DNA of 64,000 nt from Candidatus Daviesbacteria bacterium GW2011_GWA1_41_61 (GTDB lineage Bacteria; Patescibacteriota; Microgenomatia; Daviesbacterales; UBA10151): the NCBI GenBank assembly GCA_000997385.1, contig LCBT01000003.1:192892-256891 (forward strand). Reading direction: 5' to 3'. Made by a program: the position numbers and the translations under genes. The notes under the pieces are model-generated. The model saw only the letters and a list, made by a program, of their open reading frames with translations. It ran no database searches and had not been told where the DNA came from. Positions 11,605-21,679 of the stretch are shown here, in pieces. Numbering within the stretch: position 1 is the first letter of the stretch; every line of letters starts with the position of its first letter.

Positions 11605-12786
11605 CTAAAATTCAACGAATATACCAGGCGCTGTTAAGTATCTGTTGCTACCTTCCCCGAGTACGTGTAAAGTTGAAAAAACAACAGAAACTAAAGCAGT
11701 ATCCGTATATCCTTGAAAATATAGATGATTTAAATATGATCTTGTGATAGCAGCATAGCGTGCCTCATCATTATAAGTAACCCTCAAAAAAACAGCAGGT
11801 CCGGCCTCAGGGTCCAGGTTAAATTGTCCCAACTCATCAGTATACCCTGTAAGAGAAGGAATATTTGGAATTGTTCTTTTTGTAAGGTTTTGTTCATTAA
11901 AAGATGTAAAAGATGTCCTTTGGGGAAATGACTCAACTTTAACTCCGTTAAGTGGTGTATCCTCATCGTCTGTTATCCTGAGAATAGTTTGTTTTGGAGT
12001 AAATTGAATTTCCCAATGAGGTTCTCCAAAACCTATTGGCAATTGATCAACTCTTTCAATGTAATTTCTTGAAGTATCTGAGAAATGATGATGTTGGTAA
12101 TTATTGTGCATTACATCTCTTGCAAATGGAATAATTCCTACAGGTGCAACAAGGTTTAAATTAGCATTTACATCTTCCTCATAGTAATCAGGTATACCAA
12201 ATACATGCCCAACTTCATGAAGTAATTGATCTCCATGTACTCTTTGGCCAAAATAACCATCTTGCTCAACTGAAATCGTGAAGGGAAGCTCTGTCTGGAC
12301 TGAAGCACTCACAGGGTTTGCAGAAGTGCCTGTTAAAATACTTCCATATCTAAAATCCTTTTGATAAAGCCAAACCCTGATCTTTCCGTCATTAAATTCA
12401 CATCTATCATAAACTTGTATTGCTCCCGGCATACTGCAACCTGTTTTTTCATCATAATCTCGAATAATCTGATCAGTTCTAAATCTTTTACTCGTTCCTG
12501 ATTCAGCAAAGCGCCTATTTAAATAGTTATCAACAGCATCTTTTACCCAATCTTCAGCTTGTTGTTGGGGTAAACTGCGGTGGATTATGACATCAACAAG
12601 ATACTCATTTGATACTTCTTGACTGCTATTTTTTACTTCAGCCAAAGCACAGACAGGAAGTGCAAGTGTTTGAATCAATAAAAGGGCAGAAAATACTGGC
12701 CTTAAGTATCTTCCGGCCAGTCTTAATATGTCTTTCGCTCTATGAGTTGGATTAGTAAGTTGAGCTTCAATTGAATTTTCTATCAT
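11605..12786 (-). CDS. secreted zincin-like metalloprotease
   Basis: N-terminal hydrophobic segment; LHEVGHVFGIPDYY (HExxH) and downstream DVM; start ATG 12786 just after TATAAT. Confidence 0.7.
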   Translation of the reverse strand: MIENSIEAQLTNPTHRAKDILRLAGRYLRPVFSALLLIQTLALPVCALAEVKNSSQEVSNEYLVDVIIHRSLPQQQAEDWVKDAVDNYLNRRFAESGTSKRFRTDQIIRDYDEKTGCSMPGAIQVYDRCEFNDGKIRVWLYQKDFRYGSILTGTSANPVSASVQTELPFTISVEQDGYFGQRVHGDQLLHEVGHVFGIPDYYEEDVNANLNLVAPVGIIPFARDVMHNNYQHHHFSDTSRNYIERVDQLPIGFGEPHWEIQFTPKQTILRITDDEDTPLNGVKVESFPQRTSFTSFNEQNLTKRTIPNIPSLTGYTDELGQFNLDPEAGPAVFLRVTYNDEARYAAITRSYLNHLYFQGYTDTALVSVVFSTLHVLGEGSNRYLTAPGIFVEF

Positions 12787-12839
12787 GGGGCATATTATAG
12801 ACGATTTTGGAGCGGATGTCAAACTATAGGATAACTGTG

Positions 12840-12922
12840 TCCGGAGGGAAGGATTCGAACCTTCGAAGGGAAATCCCGTCAGATTTACAGTCTGATGCAA
12901 TTGGCCACTCTGCCACCTCCGG
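12840..12922 (-). tRNA. tRNA-Tyr(GTA)
   Basis: CCGGAGG/CCTCCGG acceptor stem, TCAGA-CTGTAAA-TCTGA, long variable arm, TTCGAAT T-loop. Confidence 0.96.
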
Positions 12923-12979
12923 GCAGCATATATTTTATCAAGTTGAGGGCTTGAAGTCTACCTGATATACTACCTGTGT

Positions 12980-15499
12980 ATGACTTTAAGAAGGCTTCAT
13001 GGGCATCTACTCTCAGTGGAAAGCAGGTTCTTTTCTTCTTTATCTACCCTTATTTTAACCATGGCTTTGGGGGGAATTCTCCTCACTATTTTAATTATTA
13101 TCTTTTTTGTAGTTCAAGTGCCCTCCCCCTCCGAACTTGCTAACCGGGATTTAGCTGCTGCCACTAAAATTTATGACCGAAATGGGGAGCTTTTATATGA
13201 CATTTTTAAAGATCAAAACCGCACTCCGGTTAACTTTGAAGATATTCCCGTCTATGTCCGACAAGCTACCATCGCTATTGAGGATAAAGATTTTTATAAA
13301 CACCAGGGCTTTTCCATGGTGGGTATCACCCGGGCTTTTTCTGACTCCATTTTAAGCAGGAAGATTGAAGGAGGAGGTTCTACCCTAACCCAGCAGCTGG
13401 TAAAAAATACCTTGCTTTCTAATGAACAAACTTTTACCAGAAAGATTAAGGAGTTTATCTTAGCAGTTCAAGTTGAACGGGCTTACAGCAAAGACCAAAT
13501 TTTGGAGATGTACTTAAATGAGATCCCTTATGGAGGGACAGCCTATGGTATTGAGGCCGCAGCTAATTTATATTTTGGAAAGCATGCCAAGGATTTAGAT
13601 CTGGCTGAGAGCTCGCTTTTAGCCGGACTTCCCCAAAGACCTTCTGTTTATTCCCCTTATGGCACCAGCCCGGAGAGGTCTAAAACCCGTCAGATAGAAG
13701 TTTTAAGAAGAATGCTGGAAGACGGCTATATTACCAAACAGCAAGTCGAGGAAGCTAAAAATGAAGAGCTAATTTATAGGACTTCCAAAAATGAGGTTGG
13801 TTTTAAGGCTCCCCATTTTGTGCTGTATATTAAAAAGATGCTAATTGAGCAATATGGGGAAAAGGTAGTAGAAGAAGGTGGACTTAGGGTTACCACCTCT
13901 TTAGATTATAAATTGCAGGAAAAGGTTCAAGAGATTGTTAAAGCTGAGGTCAAAAAAATTGAAAAATATAATGCTACCAACGGAGCAGCAGTGGTCTTAG
14001 ACCCCCAAACCGGCCATATTTTGGCTATGGTCGGTTCAAAGGATTATTTTGCTCAGGATTATGACGGTAATTACAACGCTGTTTTGGCTCTGCGTCAACC
14101 AGGGTCAGCCACCAAACCGATCACCTATGCTGCCTCCATGCAAAAAGGTTATACGGCGTCTTCGGTACTAATGGATGTTAAAACTGAGTTTCCCGGGGGG
14201 GAGGGTTTACCTACTTATATACCTATTAACTATGATGGGCAGTGGCATGGTCCGACCCAGGTCCGTTATGCTTTAGGTAACTCTTATAATATTCCGGCTG
14301 TGAAGGTGTTGGCTTTGGTAGGGGTGAAAAATGTGATGGATTTGGGTTACCGGATGGGTCTTTCTACCTGGGAGCCAACTGAGGAAAATGTTAACAATGT
14401 AGGGCTGTCTTTAACTTTGGGAGGACGGGAGGTGAGGCTTTTAGATCTTACTTCTGCTTTTGGAGTTTTAGCTGGCGGCGGTGTTAAACATGATCCAACC
14501 CCTATTTTAAAAGTTACTGATACCTCTGGCAAAACACTTTATGAGTATCAAAATTCTGAAGGGATTAAAATCTTAGAGGAAGGAATTGCTTTTATTATCT
14601 CCAATATTTTATCTGATAACGGAGCCCGCTCAGCTGCTTTTGGTTCTAATTCCATCCTTAATGTCCCGGGTAAAACTGTGGCTGTTAAAACCGGAACTAC
14701 TGATGAAAAAAGGGATAACTGGACAGTTGGTTTTACTCCTTCGGTAGTTGTTGGCGTGTGGGTGGGTAATAACGATAATTCCAAAATGAACCCCACTATT
14801 GCTTCCGGAGTGACTGGAGCTTCCCCTATCTGGCAAAAGATTATGATTGAAGCCCTAAAGGAGAAAGGGGATGAAAAGCCCAAAACACCTGATGAGGTGT
14901 CTTATGCGGATATTGATGGTTTGATGGGAGGGCAACCCAAAGACGGCTCCCCTACCAGAAAGGAATTTTTTATTAAAGGGACTGAGCCTACATCTGCCTC
15001 TTTAGCTTATCAAAGACAGAAGGTTTGTAAAAGTAATCCCCACCGGTTAGCCAATGACGGTGAAGATTTAGAAGAAAGAGATGTTATCTTACTTCAGGAA
15101 AATGATCCCACTGGAGCAGACAAATGGCAGGTAGGGATTGATACCTGGGTGTTAACGGCAGCAGACGGCAGGTTTGTAGGGGCAGGCAGAGGTTGTTCCG
15201 GTATTCCCGGATTTTCCGGAGGAGGCGGTGGAGGGGCAATCTCTATTGTTAATGTTAGTAATGGGGCTAATGTTCCCCGGATTTTTGATGTCTTAGCTCA
15301 AACCAACTCACCTAATGGAGTTAAAAAGGTTACTTGGATAGTGGACGGAGCGGTTAAGTCCACCCAGACTTCAGAACCATTTGCTGTTCATATAGAGTTT
15401 CCGGAAGGAGACAGAGGTTCCCATACCATTACCACTACTTTAGAAGATAACAACGGTCAACAATTCTCTACCGCTATCGGTGTCACAGTAGCTTTATAG
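12980..15499 (+). CDS. class A penicillin-binding protein (transglycosylase + transpeptidase, C-terminal Ig-like domain)
   Basis: EDKDFYKH, GGSTLTQQL, RKIKE, SATK, SYN, KTGT motifs. Confidence 0.96.
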   Translation: MTLRRLHGHLLSVESRFFSSLSTLILTMALGGILLTILIIIFFVVQVPSPSELANRDLAAATKIYDRNGELLYDIFKDQNRTPVNFEDIPVYVRQATIAIEDKDFYKHQGFSMVGITRAFSDSILSRKIEGGGSTLTQQLVKNTLLSNEQTFTRKIKEFILAVQVERAYSKDQILEMYLNEIPYGGTAYGIEAAANLYFGKHAKDLDLAESSLLAGLPQRPSVYSPYGTSPERSKTRQIEVLRRMLEDGYITKQQVEEAKNEELIYRTSKNEVGFKAPHFVLYIKKMLIEQYGEKVVEEGGLRVTTSLDYKLQEKVQEIVKAEVKKIEKYNATNGAAVVLDPQTGHILAMVGSKDYFAQDYDGNYNAVLALRQPGSATKPITYAASMQKGYTASSVLMDVKTEFPGGEGLPTYIPINYDGQWHGPTQVRYALGNSYNIPAVKVLALVGVKNVMDLGYRMGLSTWEPTEENVNNVGLSLTLGGREVRLLDLTSAFGVLAGGGVKHDPTPILKVTDTSGKTLYEYQNSEGIKILEEGIAFIISNILSDNGARSAAFGSNSILNVPGKTVAVKTGTTDEKRDNWTVGFTPSVVVGVWVGNNDNSKMNPTIASGVTGASPIWQKIMIEALKEKGDEKPKTPDEVSYADIDGLMGGQPKDGSPTRKEFFIKGTEPTSASLAYQRQKVCKSNPHRLANDGEDLEERDVILLQENDPTGADKWQVGIDTWVLTAADGRFVGAGRGCSGIPGFSGGGGGGAISIVNVSNGANVPRIFDVLAQTNSPNGVKKVTWIVDGAVKSTQTSEPFAVHIEFPEGDRGSHTITTTLEDNNGQQFSTAIGVTVAL

Positions 15500-17185
15500 T
15501 TGTTCTAAAGCTATTTCCAGCATAGCTACTCTTTTTTCTACTCCAAACCTGTTAATAATTCTGGGGTGAATTTCTCCAAGTCTTCCTACATCTTGGCCAT
15601 TGACCATAAGTTTGATAAACCTGGTGGGATGGAAAACAACCTTTTCCCGCGCGTCTTGTTCTCCTTCTTCTACAGTTACTTTGAGACCTAAATCAGCACT
15701 TACCTTTTGCCAGATGCTAAAAAGTTTCCGTAAAGGATTAGTGGTCTCATCAACTAAGGTAATAGATAAAACATACTTTTCCGAAGGACCGCTTTCCATA
15801 GGAAGATAAACCTTTCCTACCTCAAAGACCCCCACTTCCTTAAAGGCTTTTAAGTTCTCAGCAACCTTTTCTACTAAGTTTGGAGCAATCCTGACTCTTA
15901 AATATTCTGTTTCTGCTGACATGGGGTTTGCTACCTTGAGGAGTCTTTCCTTGGGAACCTCAAAGTTTTTTAATACTTGGGTAGAAAAGAAAGAATAGGT
16001 TTGGATCTCATCAAGTCCTGTATCTACTAAGGTTTGCTTAAGTTTAGAGATAAACTCAAAAAGGCCCTGGTCTATTTTTTGGGGAAGTTCACCTGTTAAC
16101 TTTTTGGGAGGAATGTTTTCGTAGCCATACATTCTGGCTGCCTCTTCTATGACATCAGCCTCAATTTCCACATCCTGTCTCCAATAAGGAGGGGTAACTT
16201 TCCAGCTTTCCCCAACTTTTTCAACCTGGAAGTGAAGTTTTTCTAAAGAAGACTGCACAAAATCTGGCTTGATATCAACTCCAATCAAGGAGTTTAATTT
16301 TTGGTGAGAAACTTCAATTTCCTTTGCTTGTTCCTGGGAGTGATCAATGATGGTGATAGCAGTTAGCTTCCCACCTAAATTCTTATACATTTTAATGGCT
16401 GCTTCTACTGCCTGAAGAAGCCTTACTTTAGTTAAACCATGTTGGAATCTTTTACTGGCCTCAGAGGGCAGATTAAACCTGCCGGCAGTCCTTCTGATGG
16501 TAGTGGGATTAAAAATAGCTGCCTCCAGTAAAATGGTGGTTGTGTTATCGGAAATTTCGGAATCTTTTCCTCCCATTACCCCAGCCAGCCCCACAGACTT
16601 TTGGGGGTCAGCAATAACCATATCGGTAGGCTCAAGAATCCGTTTTTTGTTGTCCAAAGTAATTAACTCTTCCCCGGTGTCAGCCATCCTGACAATTAAA
16701 GTTTGGTCTTTTACCCTCTCAGCGTCAAAGGCATGGGTGGGTTGACCATATTCCAGCATTACTAAATTAGTCACATCAGCCACATTGTTAACAGATCTCA
16801 TGCCGGAGTCTGCTAATTTTTTAACCCAATTTGGAGAGGAGTGTCCGACCTTTAGTCCTTCGATTTTGGCAATACAATAGAGAGGACAATTCTCTTCAGT
16901 TTCTACTTTAACCGGAGTTTCCGGCAGCTTCTGTTTGACCCAGGAAAATTCTGAATCTTGAGGTTCCTTAAAAGTTACCTCAGAATCGGTAATAGCTGCT
17001 ACCTCATAAGCCACACCCCGCAGTGACAGCAGATCTGCCCGGTTATAGCCCTTCATGTCCAGCTCAAAAAAGTTTTCTGTAACCTCTTTAACCCCGATGG
17101 TTTTAAGGTCCACTGAGCTGATCGTTTTTTCTATGGAGGTGTTAAGTTTAACCAATTCCCGAAGCCAACCAATAGAAACTTTCAT
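15494..17185 (-). CDS. pheT: phenylalanyl-tRNA synthetase beta subunit (short form)
   Basis: NRADLLS, GQPTHAFD, PYWRQDV...DVIEE, NPMS; overlaps the pheS stop. Confidence 0.93.
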   Translation of the reverse strand: MKVSIGWLRELVKLNTSIEKTISSVDLKTIGVKEVTENFFELDMKGYNRADLLSLRGVAYEVAAITDSEVTFKEPQDSEFSWVKQKLPETPVKVETEENCPLYCIAKIEGLKVGHSSPNWVKKLADSGMRSVNNVADVTNLVMLEYGQPTHAFDAERVKDQTLIVRMADTGEELITLDNKKRILEPTDMVIADPQKSVGLAGVMGGKDSEISDNTTTILLEAAIFNPTTIRRTAGRFNLPSEASKRFQHGLTKVRLLQAVEAAIKMYKNLGGKLTAITIIDHSQEQAKEIEVSHQKLNSLIGVDIKPDFVQSSLEKLHFQVEKVGESWKVTPPYWRQDVEIEADVIEEAARMYGYENIPPKKLTGELPQKIDQGLFEFISKLKQTLVDTGLDEIQTYSFFSTQVLKNFEVPKERLLKVANPMSAETEYLRVRIAPNLVEKVAENLKAFKEVGVFEVGKVYLPMESGPSEKYVLSITLVDETTNPLRKLFSIWQKVSADLGLKVTVEEGEQDAREKVVFHPTRFIKLMVNGQDVGRLGEIHPRIINRFGVEKRVAMLEIALEQL

Positions 17186-18237
17186 TTACTTTCGCCCTCA
17201 TATTTTAAAAGTTCCTTCAAGTTACCGCTTAAAAAGGTACGGATATCATTAATGCCGTATTTAAGCATCAACATCCTAAATGGTCCGAAGCCCCAGGCGA
17301 TACCGGAATAAATTTTGGGATCAATACCACCGTTTTTTAAAACCGTGGGGTGAATCATCCCTGCCCCGGCAAGCTCCAGCCAGCCTACTCCCCCACAAAC
17401 TTTACAACCCTTACCTTTACAGAAGATGCAAAGTCCGTCTACTCCTGCTCCCGGTTCTACAAAAGGATAATAGCCTGGGGTCATTCTAACCTTCATCTCT
17501 TCTCCGAAAATACCCTTCAAGAGATGTTCAGAGAGATATTGAAGGTTGGCCATGCTTAAACCTTTATCTACATAAACAATTTCAAACTGTTCAAAGGTGT
17601 GTTCGTGTCTGGCATCCAAGTTTTCATATCTAAAACATCTGCCTAAAACCATCATTCTAAAAGGAGGCTGATGTTCCCTCATAATTCTCACCTGGGAATT
17701 AGAGGTATGAGTTCGAAGCAGAAGCTTGCCCGGTTCAATGCCAAACCTTTCACTGTCTAAATAAAGGGTATCCCAAAGATCCCTGGCTGGGTGATCCTCA
17801 GGAATATTTAAAAGGCTGAAATTAAAGTCATCACTGTCAATTTGAGGAGCATCATATCTTTGAAAGCCCAATTTTTGGAACAAGCCAACGGTTTCTTCTT
17901 CAAAAGTGGTGATAACATGAAGGTGGCCTTTTTCCCTGGGTAACTCTACAGGGGTAAGATCCAACTTTTCCTCAGACAGCTTTTGATATCCTTCTTCTTT
18001 GATCTCTTCCCTTCTTTTGGTAACAGCTTCTTCCAGCTCTGCTTTAACCTTGGCTAGCAAAGGAGCAACAACTTTTAACTCTTCCTTGGATAATTTAGGA
18101 AATTCCTTAGTAGCTAAAGTTATTTCCCCATTTTTGCCAAAAAGAGCCAAAAAAATTTCATCCAGAGATTTTAAATCTTTAGTTTGCTGGATTTTATGAA
18201 GATAATCTTGATAAATTATTTTTAGCCTGTTTTCCAT
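17182..18237 (-). CDS. pheS: phenylalanyl-tRNA synthetase alpha subunit
   Basis: HPARDLWDT, LRTHTS, YPFVEP, GMIHP, GIAWGFG. Confidence 0.97.
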   Translation of the reverse strand: MENRLKIIYQDYLHKIQQTKDLKSLDEIFLALFGKNGEITLATKEFPKLSKEELKVVAPLLAKVKAELEEAVTKRREEIKEEGYQKLSEEKLDLTPVELPREKGHLHVITTFEEETVGLFQKLGFQRYDAPQIDSDDFNFSLLNIPEDHPARDLWDTLYLDSERFGIEPGKLLLRTHTSNSQVRIMREHQPPFRMMVLGRCFRYENLDARHEHTFEQFEIVYVDKGLSMANLQYLSEHLLKGIFGEEMKVRMTPGYYPFVEPGAGVDGLCIFCKGKGCKVCGGVGWLELAGAGMIHPTVLKNGGIDPKIYSGIAWGFGPFRMLMLKYGINDIRTFLSGNLKELLKYEGESK

Positions 18238-18278
18238 CTTGCCTAGATTTTAGCATATCTGAAGGGTTGGGAGTATAT

Positions 18279-18659
18279 TTAGTATCCTGCGTCATCAAAG
18301 ATGTAATTGATCAGTATCGAGGCATAAGGGTCAAAATATAGACTGTCTTCTACTCTTATTGTTCTCTCACTATCATATAATATTTCATTTCCCAGATTTT
18401 TGGCGATTCTCGCCAAAAATTCTTGAAAGGATCTGTTTTGCGGGCTATCAGGCAATTGTAAAATCTCTTCTTGTCGAGCAATGATATGTCTTAATGTGTC
18501 CCCCAGGTAAACCTTCCAGGGTTCAATATTGAGTAGGAGTTTGATGTTGGGTTCTTTTTTACCACCTTCCCTATTAGGGACACTCTTTATATCTTCATTA
18601 TCAACAGGACGGTAAGTAGTATTAAGATTATTTACTTCAAATTGCTGATATTCGCACAT
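18279..18659 (-). CDS. hypothetical protein
   Basis: 126-aa ORF with TATAAT 6 nt before the ATG. Confidence 0.6.
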   Translation of the reverse strand: MCEYQQFEVNNLNTTYRPVDNEDIKSVPNREGGKKEPNIKLLLNIEPWKVYLGDTLRHIIARQEEILQLPDSPQNRSFQEFLARIAKNLGNEILYDSERTIRVEDSLYFDPYASILINYIFDDAGY

Positions 18660-18707
18660 GATGATATTATAGGGTATTGGAGAAGGAAAGTAAAATTTTA
18701 AGTTGAG

Positions 18708-19187
18708 CTAATTTTTGCCTGGGGTAAACTTCTTTATGAGCTTAGCAACATAAACGATCTCTCTGACTTCCCCATCCTCCCCTTCTATCTCATTTACCCC
18801 GGACATCCTTTGATATTCCTTCAGATAATCAGATAAGGCATCCTCCATTTCGTTTATCTCTACCTTCATGCTTTTTACTTTTTCTGCCAGTTCTGCTACC
18901 TGAGGTTGTTTCATAATCTGGGCACGGGTTGCAGCTTTGATCTTGGAAGCCTCCTTGGCCCTCTCAGTATGCTCCTTGTAAGTTTGATCATTGGCTAAGA
19001 TATCATCCAACATCCCTTTGTGTTTGGTAACTTCTTCTTTTAACCTGTCTACTCCTGAAATATGGGATTTAATTAGTTGTTCCAGATTAATTAAAACAGA
19101 AGCCTGACTTTGGTCTTTACCATCACCGGCAGTTTTATTGTCTTTGACTTCTTCTGTTGTTAAGTCATCTGTTTGTGGGTTATCCAT
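18708..19187 (-). CDS. hypothetical coiled-coil protein
   Basis: 159-aa charged, helical-looking ORF. Confidence 0.8.
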   Translation of the reverse strand: MDNPQTDDLTTEEVKDNKTAGDGKDQSQASVLINLEQLIKSHISGVDRLKEEVTKHKGMLDDILANDQTYKEHTERAKEASKIKAATRAQIMKQPQVAELAEKVKSMKVEINEMEDALSDYLKEYQRMSGVNEIEGEDGEVREIVYVAKLIKKFTPGKN

Positions 19188-19292
19188 GACTATTTACTAT
19201 ATAAAAAATTGTTTATAAAAAGCAAGAGGTTTTTTTCTTTTCTTGACATCTTCTTTGAGAAAAGGCAAACTAAATATTAAGGGGGTGAGAAA

Positions 19293-19490
19293 ATGGACAA
19301 GAAAGTTAACAATTATTTAAAAAATCATGCTGTTTATAATTCAACCATTCATTTGATTACTGGAGCAGGTTTGGGGGTACTGGCTACTTATCCTTTGTTT
19401 GATGGGCACACCTTAAGATGGGGTTTGGGACTTTTGGCTTTAGGCTTTCTGGGGTATCTTTATCCTTTATCTTTAAAGGGGAAAAAGTAG
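19293..19490 (+). CDS. small two-TM membrane protein
   Basis: Strong GGGGGTGA SD and two hydrophobic segments. Confidence 0.75.
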   Translation: MDKKVNNYLKNHAVYNSTIHLITGAGLGVLATYPLFDGHTLRWGLGLLALGFLGYLYPLSLKGKK

Positions 19491-19494
19491 GCTT

Positions 19495-19941
19495 TTACTT
19501 GATTATCTTCATTTGGTTAATGTCGTCTACTACCAACCAGGCTGACATAGCTCCAAATCCCTGCTTAGAAATCTTAAAAGGAAGAATAGTTTGAACGTCT
19601 TTTAAAAAGATTAATAAGCAGTAGTTTTTATTTTTAAATTTTTTGTAGTAAAAATTAAAGTCTTGTTGGATATCTAACCCGTCGTCTTTTCCAAACTTAA
19701 GAAGAATTTCTTTAACTTTTTGTGGGGTTAAGTGATCAAAACGCAGTATTTTGCCTGCCTTAGCTTTAACTGTAACCGGTTGACCGCTATCTTTAAAATA
19801 GATGATGTCTCCACTGTCAATCTTTTTCCAAGGTTGGTATTGGTTTTGATACCATCTGGATTCAATAGTCTTTTCTCCGCTGACTATTTTTGGCAGTAAA
19901 CCCCAGGAACTTCTCATGATTGCCAAGTGAGTTTTACTCAT
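19495..19941 (-). CDS. ASCH/PUA-like domain protein
   Basis: IVSGEKTIESRW...GDIIYFK matches the ASCH GxKxxExR motif. Confidence 0.8.
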   Translation of the reverse strand: MSKTHLAIMRSSWGLLPKIVSGEKTIESRWYQNQYQPWKKIDSGDIIYFKDSGQPVTVKAKAGKILRFDHLTPQKVKEILLKFGKDDGLDIQQDFNFYYKKFKNKNYCLLIFLKDVQTILPFKISKQGFGAMSAWLVVDDINQMKIIK

Positions 19942-20536
19942 GACCGACTTTCCTTAGTAATACCTTAGCTTTTTGATAAAAATCCTCAATACTTCCTTCT
20001 CTCCACCAACCTTTAACTGTGGTAGGAGGGATTAGATCCGGTCTGGTAGTAGGAATTCTCCCCGGGCTAAACCTCCAACCCAGAGGCCACTCCTCTTTAT
20101 TCGTACCGGTTTTTCCTTCACGAACCTGTAAAGGAATTGCTTCTTTAAAAGGTAAGCCTAGAACATACTCCAAAGCTTCATTTAAAGCCACATGATGGAA
20201 CTGGTTAGCTACTCCTGGCTTACCGTAAAGGGCCTGAAGGTCGAAAGCTTCCTTTCTCCCTATTAAATCCTTATCATAAGTATAGGCAAAGTTTTGGCTG
20301 ATCCATCTTGCCCAAGTAGGCTGTTTTTGAAAAAAATGAGTATAGCCTGGAACATAAATTCTCCAAAAAACCCGGGGATAATCCCAGATCTCACCTGAAG
20401 CTGTCATCCAAAGAAGCTGCCACCTATTTGCCCCAAAACGTTTATTCCAGTGTTCTTCCTGAGCGTCTTTGTGTTTTCCCAGATATCCGGGATAACCTGC
20501 TACATCCCATTTTTGCCCATCAATAATAATTTCCAT
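19934..20536 (-). CDS. hypothetical Trp/aromatic-rich protein
   Basis: 200-aa ORF overlapping the ASCH gene start by 8 nt. Confidence 0.75.
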   Translation of the reverse strand: MEIIIDGQKWDVAGYPGYLGKHKDAQEEHWNKRFGANRWQLLWMTASGEIWDYPRVFWRIYVPGYTHFFQKQPTWARWISQNFAYTYDKDLIGRKEAFDLQALYGKPGVANQFHHVALNEALEYVLGLPFKEAIPLQVREGKTGTNKEEWPLGWRFSPGRIPTTRPDLIPPTTVKGWWREGSIEDFYQKAKVLLRKVGHE

Positions 20537-20663
20537 ATAATGGTTTTACCAAATTAAACTAGATATTGATATAACAGAATAGAGACAGAGGATTACTTTT
20601 AGCCTCTTGACTGGAGGTGATAAGCTGAGGTATTACTGTAATAAATAATGTCAACATATAGAT

Positions 20664-21125
20664 ATGGAATGTCCGTTTTGCTGTAAACCATCAACACAAA
20701 TTGTTAATACTCGCCCCACTTATGCCAATAGCGCTGTTTGGCGACGCAGGAGATGCTTAAACTGCGGTACCATCTTTACCACCCACGAGGTAGCTGATTT
20801 ATCGCATCTGGTAGTGATTAAAAAATCCGGCAAAAGCGAGATGTTTAGCCATATCAAGCTTTATTCGGGAATTTACCGGGCAGCGGTTGGTTTTAAAGGC
20901 GGCAGCAAAGAAAAATTAGTAGATAAGATCACCCGCGAGATTGAAAAAGAGATTGTCTCTTTAAAAACTAAAAAGATTACCTCAGAGCAGATCGGAGAGA
21001 TAGTTTTAAATAAGCTTCGGGTTGCTCAAAGCGGGACATTTTTACGTTTTCTGGCCTATTATAAGGATATTACCAATGAAGCTCAGTTGAAACGGGAGCT
21101 GACTAAATATTTACCGTTTACTTGA
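20664..21125 (+). CDS. nrdR: transcriptional repressor NrdR
   Basis: CPFC...RRRRCLNC...FTTHE zinc ribbon plus ATP cone (VIKKSG). Confidence 0.93.
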   Translation: MECPFCCKPSTQIVNTRPTYANSAVWRRRRCLNCGTIFTTHEVADLSHLVVIKKSGKSEMFSHIKLYSGIYRAAVGFKGGSKEKLVDKITREIEKEIVSLKTKKITSEQIGEIVLNKLRVAQSGTFLRFLAYYKDITNEAQLKRELTKYLPFT

Positions 21126-21462
21126 CTTCAGAAACGATCTTTTTGAAAGTAGGAAGATCCTTGACTGCTATTTCAGCCAGGATTTTTCTATCTAAAGTAA
21201 TATTTTTAGTATTTAAATCAGAGATAAATTTAGAATAGGAAACTCCTTCTTGTTTTAAAGCTATCCCCATCTGGGTGATCCACAGCTTTCTCATATCTCT
21301 TCTTCTTTGTTTTCTGCCGGCAAAAGCATATTGCCCGGCATGAAGGGATGACTCTTTAGCCTGTCTGATTAACTTACTCCGATGACCCTGGTAACCTTTG
21401 GTCAGGTTTAAAAGTTTTTTATGTTTTTTATGCGAGGTAACTCCCCGTTTTACTCGTGCCAT
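21118..21462 (-). CDS. rplT: 50S ribosomal protein L20
   Basis: MARVKRG, RKLWIT, LDRKILAEIA. Confidence 0.98.
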   Translation of the reverse strand: MARVKRGVTSHKKHKKLLNLTKGYQGHRSKLIRQAKESSLHAGQYAFAGRKQRRRDMRKLWITQMGIALKQEGVSYSKFISDLNTKNITLDRKILAEIAVKDLPTFKKIVSEVK

Positions 21463-21468
21463 GATTTT

Positions 21469-21672
21469 TTACAGACCCAACATTCTTTTAATGCTTTTGG
21501 TAATACTTTTATTGATTATTATGGGAACAGCATGACGCCTTAAGGCGCTTTTACTTTTTTTGCGCCTTAAATGTCCTGATCTTAGCTGGTGGGATCTTAA
21601 GATCTTACCGCTGCCGCTGATCTTGACCTTCTTAGACAGTATTTTTTTAGTTTTCATCTTTGTTTTGCTCAT
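21469..21672 (-). CDS. rpmI: 50S ribosomal protein L35
   Basis: KMKTKK...KISGSGKILR; lies between infC and rplT. Confidence 0.9.
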   Translation of the reverse strand: MSKTKMKTKKILSKKVKISGSGKILRSHQLRSGHLRRKKSKSALRRHAVPIIINKSITKSIKRMLGL

Positions 21673-21679
21673 AAAACAC

